Positions 27,601 to 38,827 of a stretch of 64,000 bases of DNA are shown here, piece by piece. Both the position numbers and the translations under genes were made by a program. Every line of letters starts with the position of its first letter. Position 1 is the first letter of the stretch. Source of the DNA: Eledone cirrhosa (lineage: Eukaryota); the NCBI GenBank assembly GCA_964016885.1, contig CAXHJY010001122.1:28961-92960 (forward strand). Reading direction: 5' to 3'. The notes under the pieces are model-generated. The model made no database searches. It saw only the letters and a list, made by a program, of their open reading frames with translations, and was not told the DNA's origin.

Positions 27601-30479
27601 TTCTTTATTAGCACAAGAAAAGGGGACAAAACAAAGACACATGCCGGGGATTTTACATACAATCGTGTAAAAATAAGAAACAAATAAATATAACCATCGA
27701 AATCTCCAATAGGGGGGAAGCGCCACAAATGGGTTGTTTAATACCCCGTAGATAGAACAACCCTCAACTTCAGGAGCGTGCTGTGCAAGTCCTCCTTTCT
27801 TCCTTTTGCTCCCTTCTTCAACCTACAGGTTTATATACAGAGAAGGCCCAATCACTGTCCTCAGTCCTCTCAATCTCGTCCACCATATAACCTCTTTCAC
27901 CATAGCCACTATACAGAAGAAAACCGACTCTCTTTCGTTTTTGAAAGAAGTTGGCGATTTGATCCTTACTATGGACTCGGCAGTCAACTGGATTTGTCCC
28001 ATACGCGACAGCAGTTGTTCTACGTAGTTCTACAGGTCGGTTACGCCCAGGCAGTGTACAATTGCGTGCAGGACACTTTCAATTTCCTGCCCGCATCTTG
28101 GACACGTTCTCTTGGAAGGATCCCTTCCGGGGCGTCCGTGCCTGTACATCTTGTCATGAATTGGTAGAGCTCCTCGATAGCACTGCCAGGCCAGGGACCT
28201 CTGGAAGATGTCCATAGGTCCTGTGCGGAAAGTCCTACCAAACAGACTGGTGAGTTCGTCGTCTTCGACGCCTAGAGTCTCTCCGAGCACGTCGTCGCCT
28301 TTGTGACGTACTAACCCTCTATAGAATGTTGAAGTGGAGTCTCCACTGATTGCTGTGCCCGCTTGACAGAGGACTGTGAGCGCCTGAGCACATTCAATGT
28401 GCCAGGCGCCCATCTTCTTTGGTCGCCGCTTGACCCAGGAGTGCAGCTCCGTCAGCGAGACAAGTTGCAGGAAGGCCTGTCTCACAAACGGTTCCCACAC
28501 CGGTTGGGGGTCGGTGAGGAATACCTGTAGATGCCGTAGCCTCAGCGCATGCTTGTGCATCATCAGCCACGGCATTACCAGCCCTCCGTTGGAAGGGTGC
28601 TGACAGCAGACGGATCTCCACACAAGTGGAGCCTGCTTCTTCCAAAGGAACAGAAATTGGAAGAGCATGCGTCCCATCTTGGTGAGGTGTTCAGGAGGAC
28701 AAGGCACGACGGTCAAGCGGTAATAGATGACGGACGCTATGAAAGTGTTCGCTACCTCCGCTCGACCTTTCAAGGATAGTTTGCACTCTGTCCATTTCTG
28801 GGTAAGCGCAAATACATTGGCCGTGACCTCGTTCCAGTTTTTCTCTACCTGGAGGTCCGGACCGAACCAGACCCCGAGAAATTTCACCGGTCCGTCCGTC
28901 CAGCGTCCAACGACGCTGTCGGACGGCATCGGTTTGCCTCTCCACGTTCCGAGTTGCAAACCGACAGACTTGTCCGGGTTCAGTTTTGCTCCTGTGAGCC
29001 TTTCGTATTCCTACAGTAAGTTGCCAATCGCCCCGATTTCCAAGGTTTCTGACACCATTACTGTCACGTTTTCGCCAGAAGCCGATGCCATTTTCCGCAG
29101 TCCCGGTTCCAACGGGATGCCCTGCAGCAGCTCCAACTTCCGGAGTAGTGGCTCTAGAGTCAGTATGTACAGAATGGAGTAGAGAGAGCATCCCTGTCGG
29201 ATAGAACGCGTAATTGCGAACGGCTCCGATAGGTAGCCGTTCACCTTGACCATCGAGCAGATGTTGGTGTGCATTGCGGCGATCCAGCCTCTGAATACGG
29301 GTCCGAAACCGGCCGCCTTGAGAACCGCTTCCAAGTATCGATGGTCGACCCTATCGAACGCCTTAGACTGATCTAAATTGATCAGAGTCCCACCGAAGCC
29401 AGGTTTACATCCCACCCTCTCTATGATGTTTCGCATGAGGGGGAGGTTGTCGTGTATGGACCTGGTCGGGATTGCACACGTTTGCGCTTTGCCTACCAGG
29501 TTCTCGAAGACAAGCACCAACCTCGTTGCCAATACCTTGGCCAAAATTTTTAACTCTGTGTTGAGCAGAGTTATGGGCCTAAAGTTGCTTAGTTCGTCCC
29601 CCTTGTTCTCGTCTTTCCTGATCAGCGTTACTACGCCCCTGCCTGCAGAACTGGGTATTCTCCCGTTCTGCTGCCAGTTGCAGTAGACGGCCTCGAGGAC
29701 GCCAGAGAAGTTCGACATACTTATGTAAAACTCATAGGGTAGATCATCTAGACCAGGTGATTTGCATTTCCCGCAGCGGCCCAGAGCGTCCCGTATCGCA
29801 GTGGCTGTGATCAGTCTTTCGCAGAACTCGGCGTCCATGTCGAGAGACGCGGCAGGCCGTCGAAATATGAACCGAAGTCCATTTCCCCGTTCGACGCACC
29901 GCCACTCTGCCCGAACAGTTGCGCAAAGTGCCGCTGAAAGGCCGCGCACATCCGCTTGGTGTCAAGTAGCACGCGTGCGTTTTTGGTCTTTCAAAGACCA
30001 AATCGTAGACTTGTTGCCACTTTTTGCCTCTGTCACTCGGGCCCAGCTAACAGCTTTCGCTCCCTCGTTTCCTAGAGCACGTGATTTAATGCTGACCACG
30101 CAGCCTTCGTGATTCGCGTCGAGGAACTGGTCCAGTGCTGTTCTCATTGCTAGCACACTTGCTACGTTGCCACTACTAAGCGCCTCCTCTACCTTGGCTA
30201 CTAGTTCCGTTTCTGTTTTGTTTCTCTCTAAGGCTAACTCTCTGCTAAAGTCTATCGACTCTACTCTAATTGCTTTCTTGAGGGAGTACCACCATCTGTT
30301 GTTGACGATGGCTCCCGTCAATTGTAGCTTAACTAATCTACTTATCCGTTCACTGTAGGCTTTACGTGCCGGTAACGACACGTTCAGCTTCTAGTATCCG
30401 GGTCCTTGTCATGGTTGACTATGCAGATATCTAGTTTGTGGTCTGAATAGGCAACCATGTGCATTCGTAGACAGCTTAA

Positions 30480-30549
<70 letters not shown>

Positions 30550-32695
30550 ATGAAGAACCTGTCTAAATACGATCTAGATGTTCCGCTCTTGTTTGTCCAC
30601 GTCCATTGTGGTGCAGTCGGGAAATCCAGTCGATACCTATCGGCCAGTTGAAATTGGCTGATTAAATTTTTGAGGCTGTAGCACCCCCCTCTACATAGTC
30701 CCATCGTGCGTCTAGGATGCCATTGCATTCCCCCCACTAAAAGCAAGGAGCGAGACGATCCCAGAAAATACTCCAGTCGGGGCATAAACGGCCACCAGTC
30801 TGAAGGCTCTACCTCCAATACTGTTTACGTCTAGGACTACCAGTCTACCCTCCGGTTCCAAGTGTACTTGCTGTACTTCGACGTCCAGGTCCTACCGAAA
30901 CATGACAGCCACTCCCCCTCCACCTCCTGGCTGACAGAGAGATGTGTAGATCTCAAAGTCGTCGAAGATGGGGGTTAGTTGCTGCCTCTTGTGGATCCTG
31001 GACTCGGTGATGGCTATCACATCCATACTGTGTGACCTAAGGTCGTTTAAAAGTTGGCCCTGTTTCCAGGGCATCCCTAGGCCACGCACATTCACGCTTC
31101 CAACTCGTAAACTAGCCATGTTGGTGGAGAAGAGTTGGCGAAAAGGACGAAAATGTGTACTTACCTTTTCGTTTCCTGGAGATCGGGTTGTTTAATCTCC
31201 ATCTCAGTTTCGGTGGGTGTGTTGAGTGGGGTGGGGAAACATTTTAATAAGACGCGGTTAATAGGTTTTTGACAGGGATTGCCAACATCCTGCGAAAACT
31301 GTTCTTTCAATTTCTGATAGGTTTCTATAGAAACCCTTATTAGTTTTAAGTGTGGTGACGATCCTGCTTTGACGAAAGTTTTGCCCTCCGTCTCCACCTT
31401 GGGGTTTTGGGAAATGACCTCCATTAAACTCTTGTTGTTTGTGTTGATGTATGCGTATTGTTGTTTGTGTTTTTGTTGTGTTGTTTTAGTTTGTTGTTCG
31501 TCTGGGAGTTTTCTTTTTATGGTGGGTGCTTGTGTTTGGGGTGGTGTTGGTTTTGCTGGTAGGGGGATGTTTGACTGTGGTGTTGTTTATGTTGTTGTTT
31601 GTGTCTGTGGTTGTGTGTTGGTGTTGGTGATTGGAGTTTTGGGGGTTTTGTGGTGTTTCTTTTTTTGTTTTTTAGATTTCCTAGGCTCTCCTTCTTCACA
31701 TACAGAAGGAGAAGCAGCCTCATATGTCGATGAATAATCATCGTCAGGAGTGTGGGGTAGGGGTATGTTGTGTGGTGGTGGTGGTGTTTCGGTGTGTGTT
31801 TTTGTGGTAGTGTTCGATGGAGTGGGATGGGATAGGGCTGTGTTCTTCAGGAGTATTGTCTGTGTTTTTACTGTTGTTGTTGGTTGAGTGGCTGTTTGTT
31901 TTTGTGTCTTTGCTCGTTTCGTCTGTTGTTGTACTTGTGGTGGTGGTTGTTTTGGTGTTGGTGTTGGTAATAGTGTTTTTTTAATAATAGTGTTGGTGAA
32001 GGAGGCTTTTAGGTGTGCTGTACTACCACAGCGAAAGCAATGAAATTTACGCCCCTCTACCGAAAAGTTTATTTTGTTGTTGTCGTCGATGACGACTTTT
32101 CGGGTATTTTGGAGATTCTCTCCGGCTTCATTTGCATCAGAATCTCTACATCAGTACCCGCCCACCTTTGTCTAATAGACTTTCGTATTGAAAGAATGGC
32201 ATCAGTCTCTGGCTCCACGAAGCCAGCCAAGATCCACCAGATGTTAATGTTTGGTGGTATATTTTTTTTTTTTTTGTCTCCTTTTTCCCATGTATGTATG
32301 GAAAAAGGTGAATGATTTTGAGACCATATGTGTCACAGAATGTTTTGGGGTGAGTGCCTCGCTTTTAAACAGTATGGAAACACTTCCGTACTGTTTTCCT
32401 CGTTGGAGAAAGTCAATATTTGCTAGAGTCTCCTTCAAGGTGGCTTCTATATCTCCTTGACTAACAAATATTGGCTTTCTCGTTGTGTTGGAGACAGTGC
32501 TGAAGGTCACTGTCCTTCGAACTGTCTCTTCTTTTATTTTGAGGGGTGAGTTAATTCTAAACCCACCCGTGTCTTCGAAAGTTACAAATGTTATCCCTTC
32601 CTGGAGCATATCTCTTCCATTGGAGATGTCAAGATTTATAAAATCTTGTTTTTTGTTCACTGTTTCAGCGGAAGACATTTTTTGTGTGGTGTTGC

Positions 32696-32735
<40 letters not shown>

Positions 32736-33270
32736 ATCGTTGTTAGCCTCGGTGGTGGAAATCTCAATTTCTTGACGAGGTGAAACTTTATGTGTAGATG
32801 TATCTATGGAGTTGTTGTTGTTGCCTTTTTCATGTGTATGTATGTTAATAGGTTTAATTCCTGTGTTTTCCTGTGTGTTATTTTTTTCTCCGCTTCGACG
32901 GTAGAAATTTTAAAATTTTCAAGTGGTAATATTTTTTCTCTTTGTTGACAGTCGTATCCATGGCGACGTCCATAGTAGCAGAAGCAGATATAACGTTAAT
33001 ATCTGCCTCTCTATCTCTCATCTCTCTGTCGACGTTCTCTAGCGTTCTTTCCGAGCTATTGATGTTTTATAGTTGGCAAAATTTGATATTTTAAAACAAA
33101 TTTTAAATTAAATTTTCGTCCCTAGAGGGGCGAAAAGTGGGATTATAACTCAGCTGATAATTCAGCTTGGGGGTTAATCTACGAAATGATATATCTTTTT
33201 AAACAATTAGTTCGGTTTTTTGTATAGAAATTAACAAAAAAGCTTACCAGCGATGTTCCACGCGTCAGGA
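27600..33270 (-). mobile_element. Tx1 lineage B copy B1: full length, heavily decayed
   Basis: ORF1 remnants 32244-32678 and 31161-31424. ORF2 starts MASLRVGSVNVRGL at 31119, with RT fragments 29011-29949 and 28030-28959. Sister of 41938-47118. Confidence 0.9.
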
Positions 33271-33304
33271 AGATAAAGAGATAGATAGATAGATAGATAG
33301 ATAT

Positions 33305-34108
33305 GTTTATTTATTAGCCACAGAGGCACAAAAGAAGGGGACAAATACAAAGTGGGGAAGTTTACATACAATAAAAACGTGTAAAATACTATCACAAATG
33401 CAATTTTAAAATTAATCGATTTTCCCCAATAGGGGGAGACATTTCATATGGGTAACACATACCCCCGAAAAAATGTGCAACCCTCATCTCCAGGAGTACG
33501 AAGAGTTTGTACCCCTTTCCTCTCTTCCTCTTTTTCCTCAACCTACAGGCTGATATAGAGAGAAGGCCCATTCACTCGGGCCATTCTCGCCACTTTCACC
33601 CACCTTTCATAAAACTTGCTGGGGTACAGCACCTCTCTCTCTCCATCCTGATTCTTCTTCCAAAGTGGTATTTGAAAAAAAGAATCAGTTGTTGGCCGGA
33701 GAGAAAGGTGTCTGACCTCAGCCCTTTTAACCTTGTCCACCATACAACCTCTTTCGCCATAACTATCACACAAAGGAAAACCGCCTATCCTTCGTTTTTG
33801 AAGGAGAGTGGCTGTTTGATCATGATAATGGACTCGGTGGTCAACCGGATTGGTCCCACCCGCGACAATAGTCGTTCTACATAGCCCCACAGGTCGGTGA
33901 CGCCCGGGCAGTGTATGAATGCGTGCGCGACGGTTTCTTCGTCTCGCACGCACCTCGGACAGATCTTTTTTGCAGGGTCCCTGCCCGGGCGAAATGAGTT
34001 GACCCACCACCTGAAGGTCAAGCTACACAATAATATAAAAATGTAACCAAAATTTACGGTTTTTCCACCATAAATTTACAAAACATCGGAGCGAAGTAAA
34101 CAACGTCT
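33305..34108 (-). mobile_element. Tx1-B copy B2: bipartite mini-element (5' UTR fused to 3' end)
   Basis: 33992-34108 matches the 5' UTR at 38674-38806. 33305-33991 matches the ORF2 C-terminus and 3' UTR. Flanked by (GATA)n on both sides. Confidence 0.88.
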
Positions 34109-34110
34109 AA

Positions 34111-34200
<90 letters not shown>
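34111..34200. repeat. (GATA)n spacer; others at ~33280-33303, 38807-38828, 41877-41938, 47125-47136, 47654-47741, 47856-47990
   Basis: All seven tracts read GATA on the plus strand and sit at element boundaries. Confidence 0.97.
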
Positions 34201-37200
34201 TTCTTTATTAGCCACAGGGGCACAAAAGAAGGGGACAAATACAAAGGGGGAAGTTTACATAAAACGTGTAAAATGTTATCACAAATGGGATTTAAAAAGT
34301 TAGTCGATTTTCCCCAATAGAGGGAGACAGTTTATATGGGTAACACATACCCCCGAAAAAATGTGCAACCCTCATCTCCAGGAGTACGAAGAGTTTGTAC
34401 TCCTTTCCTCTCCTCCTCCTTTTTCTCAACCTACAGGCTGATATAGAGAGAAGGCCCATTCACTCGGGCCATTCTCGAAACTTTCACCCACCTTTCATAA
34501 AACTTGCTGGGGTACAGCACCTCTCTCTCCATCCTGATTCTTCTTCCAAAGTGGTATTTGAAAAAAAGAATCAGTTGTTGGCCGGAGAGAAAGGTGTCTG
34601 ACCTCAGCCCTTTCAACCTTGTCCACCATACAACCTCTTTCGCCATAGCTATCACACAAAGGAAAACCGCCTCTCCTTCGTTTTTGAAGGAGGGTGGCGG
34701 TTTGATCATGACAATGGACTCGGTGGTCAACTAGATGGGTCCCACCCGCGACAATAGTCGTTCTACATAGCCCCACAGGTCAGTGACGCCCGGGCAGTGT
34801 ATGAATGCGTGCGCGACGGTTTCTTCGTCTCGCACGCACCTCGGACAGATCTTTTTTGCAGGGTCCCTGCCGGGCGCTCATGTCTGTAGAGCTTGTCTCG
34901 AACTGGTAGAGCTCCTCGGTAGCACTGCCAGGCCAGGGACTTTTGGAAGTTGTCCATCGGTCCCGGGCGGAAGGTCCTACCGAACAGACTGGCCAGTTCG
35001 ACGACAAGCGCCAGCCTCTTTGCCAACACCTTGGCCAAAATCTGTAACTAAGTGTTTAGCAGAGTTATGGGCCGGAAGTTGCCTATGTCATCCCCTTTAT
35101 TCTCGTCCTTCCTGATTAGTGTGACCACGCCCCCGGTTACAGAACTGGGAATTCTCCCGTTCTGTTGTCAGTTGCAGTAGACCGCTTCCAGGAGACCGGA
35201 GAATAAGTCCGGCATTGCTACGTAAAATTCGAGACCTGGAGACTTGCGTTTGCCGCATTGGCTCAGCGCGTCCCCAATCTCAGTGGCTGAAATCGGCTTT
35301 TCACAGAACTTTGCCTCGCTGTCCGAGAGTCGCGGTAGGCCGTCGAGGTATGGACCGAAATCCATAGCCTCTCCCGACGCCCCCCCCCCCCCCCAGAACA
35401 GTTGAGCAAAGTGGCACTGAAAAGCCGCACACATCTGCTTCGGCTCACGTATCACGCATCCGTTTTGGTCCTTCAAAGACCGAATCGTGGACTTGTTGTC
35501 ACTTTTTGCCTCCGTCACTCGGGCCCAGCTAACAGCTTTGGCTCCCTCGTTTCCCAGAGCACGTATTTTGCTTCTGACAACGCAGCCCTCGTGCTTTGCG
35601 TCGAAGAACTGGTCCAAGGCCGTTCTCGTTGCTAGCACGCTGGCTACGTTGCCACTTCTAATTGCCTCTTCTACTTTATCTACCAGTTCCTTCTCGGTTC
35701 TATTTCTATCTAACGCTAATTCTTTACTAAAAACTATCGAGTCTAATCTAACTGCCCTCTTGAGAGAGTACCACCATCTGTTGTTGACAATGGCCCCTGT
35801 CAAGTGCTGTTTAACTAAAGTGCTAATCCGTCTACTGTAGGCTTTGCTTGTCGGTAACGACAAGTTCAGCTTCCAGTAGCCGGGTCCTTGTCTATGGGTT
35901 CTATCAAGGTTGGCCATGCAGGTCACTAGTTTGTGATATGAATAGGCAACCATGAACATTTGTGGACAGCTTAACATGTCCCTATCCTTATTTTTAACTA
36001 GAACCCTATCTAGGTACGATCTAGATGTTCCGTTACGATTACTCCACGTCCACAGTGGCGCAGTCGGAAAATCTAGTCGATATCTATCGGCCAGGTCAAA
36101 TCGGTCGATTAACTGTTTGAGGCTGTTACACCCCCCTTTATCGGGACATGCTCCCACATAGTCCCAACGTGCATCTAGGATTCCATTCCAGTCCCCCACT
36201 AAAAGCAAGGAGCGGGACGTTCCCAGAAAAGTCTCTAGACGTCTGAAGAAGTCTGGCCGCGGTGTCCCGGGTGGGGCATATGCGGCCACCAGCCTGAAGG
36301 CTCCACCTTCACTACCGTCAACGTCTAGGACCACCAGTCGACCCTCCGAATCCAGATGTACCGTCTGTGTTACGAGGCTCAGGTGTTTCCGCAGCAAAAC
36401 GGCAACTCCGCCCCCACCCACCCCACCCCCACCCCCGGTTGACAGAGAGATGCGTAGATCTCAAAGTCATCGAAGATGGGGGCCAGCTGTCGCTCGCTGT
36501 GGATCCTGGACTCGCAAATGGCTACCACATCCATACTGTGCGACCTGAGGTCGTTTAAGAGTTTGCCCTGTTTCCAGGGCATCCCAGGCCGCGTACGTTC
36601 ACACATCCAACTCGTATATTGGCCATGTTGGTGCTGAAAAGCTAAAAGAGGAAAAGAGATCATTACCCTTCGTCTCCTGGGGACCAGGCCGCACGATTTC
36701 CATGGGGGTGTTGGAGGGGTTGTCTGGATGGGTAGTGGTTTCCGGCGGGGTGGGGACGGAGATGTTTGGTGGGGTGGGGTCTGGTGGGATGGGGGTGTCT
36801 GGGTGGGGAGACATTTGAGAAGGACGCGGTTGAGTGGTTTCACGCAGGAATTCCCCACATCCTTCTCAAATGTTTCTTTTAGGACCTATAAGTTTGTATA
36901 GGGACCCTAATCAGTTTTAGGTTCAGTTTTTTGCTATTTTTACTAGAGTGGGCGAAAGTTTTCCCTTCGGTTTTCACCGAAGGGTCGTTCATGATGGTCT
37001 CCATTAGTGTTTTGTTTTCAGTGTTTATGTAAGTGTAAGTGTAATTTTCTTGTGTTGTGTTTGTTTTTGTCTGTAGTTCTTGTGTGTGCTTTCGTTTTGT
37101 TGTAGGTATTTTGTTTTCAGGAGGTGGGGGTTTTGTTTGTGATGTTTTTTTGTTGTTTGTGTTGGTGGTTGTATGTTTGTGGTAGTGTTTGCTGGTTTTT

Positions 37201-38806
37201 TGCTTTTGTGATGTCTTTTCTTTTTTTTCGAGCGATGGGGTTCTCCCTCGTCTTCACTGGGTGATGGCGAGATAGCCTCATCTGTTGTATCGTCTGTGTG
37301 ATTGGGGAGGGGTATGTCTTGGGGAGCTGTTGTGTCTGTATGTGATTTTGCAGTGGTTTTAGGTGGAGTGAAGTTGGGTGGGACTGTGTTTGTTGTGGTT
37401 ATTTTTGTGTGTTGGTGTTGTTGTTGTTGTTGTTGTTGTGGTGGTGGTGTTGGTGGTTGTGTTGTTTTGATGGGTGCCGGCAGAAGAGCCTTTTTTTTGG
37501 TTCATTAATTTAGGATAGGAAGCCCTCAGGTGACCCCTGCTAAAGCAATGGTAACATGAAGGCCGCCTACCCTCAACCGAAAAGTTTATGTAGGTGAATC
37601 CGTCCAGGAGTACACGTTGTGTGATCATAGCTATTCGCTCTGGGCTCATTTACACCAGAACTTCAATGCTAGTCCCATTGAATACATCTCTGGGGGACTT
37701 TCCTACTGACAGTATTCTGTCTTCATCAAAATTGATGAAGCCGCACAGTATCCACCATATTTTCACCTTTGGTGTGACACTCGTGATTCTGATCTTTTGT
37801 GTCCTTTTTCCCATGTATGTAGGGAAAAACGTGTACAGGTTGGATACAATTGGCGACACAGAGTAATTTTGGGCCGTCAATTGATCCTTCATGAGTACCG
37901 AAATACTCCCAAAAAGTTTGCTTCTTTGAATGAATGCAATATCATTCATTGAATGTTTGAAAACCAGTTCAATTTCTTTCTGTGACAATTGGACTGGTTT
38001 TCGGGTAGAATTGGAAACTGTCCTAAAAACTATCGTTTTGAGAGCAGTTTCCTTGCGAATTTCTACCGGAGAATTGATGCTGAAAGCACCATTTTTATCG
38101 AAAGTGACATATCCCCTAGCGTCCTTTAAAAGTTGTTCAGCATTTGTTATGTCGAGATATATCAATTCCGCCTTTTTTTGAACTTTCTCTGCAAAGGAGA
38201 TTTTTGGTTTCTTTGTGGAATCCGTATTGGTAGTGTTGTCATTATTGTTGTTATTCTTGTTGTTATTCTTGTTGTCACCGATGTTGGTATTATTCGTATT
38301 TTCCTTGATGTTGTTGTTGTCTTTGATGCTGGTGTTATTGGTGTTGTCTTTATTTTTTTCTTTGTTATTGTTATCATTGTTGCTTTTATCATCATTATTG
38401 GTGTTGCTGTTATTTTTGTTGTCATTGAATTGTTTGGTGTCATTTGTGTTGTTTGAATATGAATTCGTTTTTACATTTTCATTTCGTCTTTCCATCTCTA
38501 TAGTATCTAGTGAAGAAGACGTTGTTGACTGCGAGCTTTGTAGTCTTACCGCCTCTCCACCACCATTATCGTTGGACGCAGCGTTCATAACGTAATCAAA
38601 ATTTTACAATATTTTTTCCAAGATTCGATGGAGAAAAAATTTTTCAAATGGATATTCCGCCCCTGTAGGGGCGAAAATGAGTTGACCCACCACCTGAAGG
38701 TTCAGACGGGGCGTCAAGTTACACAATGATATAAAATTTAACTAAAAACTCACGTTTTTTTCTTACATAAATTAACGGAAACTTCTCCGCGAAGTTACAC
38801 ACGTCT
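34200..38806 (-). mobile_element. Tx1-B copy B3: both termini present, RT core deleted
   Basis: ORF1 37650-38588 continues past one in-frame stop into 37359-37649 (CYHCFSRGHLRASY). ORF2 ATG at 36626. Endonuclease ORF 35168-36421. The fusion KRLALVV|ELASLFGR at ~35000 skips the RT. Confidence 0.9.
37359..38588 (-). pseudogene. Tx1 ORF1 (Asn-rich N-terminus, conserved core, CCHC-type zinc knuckle) with one nonsense codon
   Basis: The 312 aa and 96 aa ORFs are in the same frame. The core is homologous to the ORF1 pieces at 22140-22979, 32244-32678 and 46156-46962. Confidence 0.8.
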
Positions 38807-38827
38807 GATAGATAGATAGATAGATAG

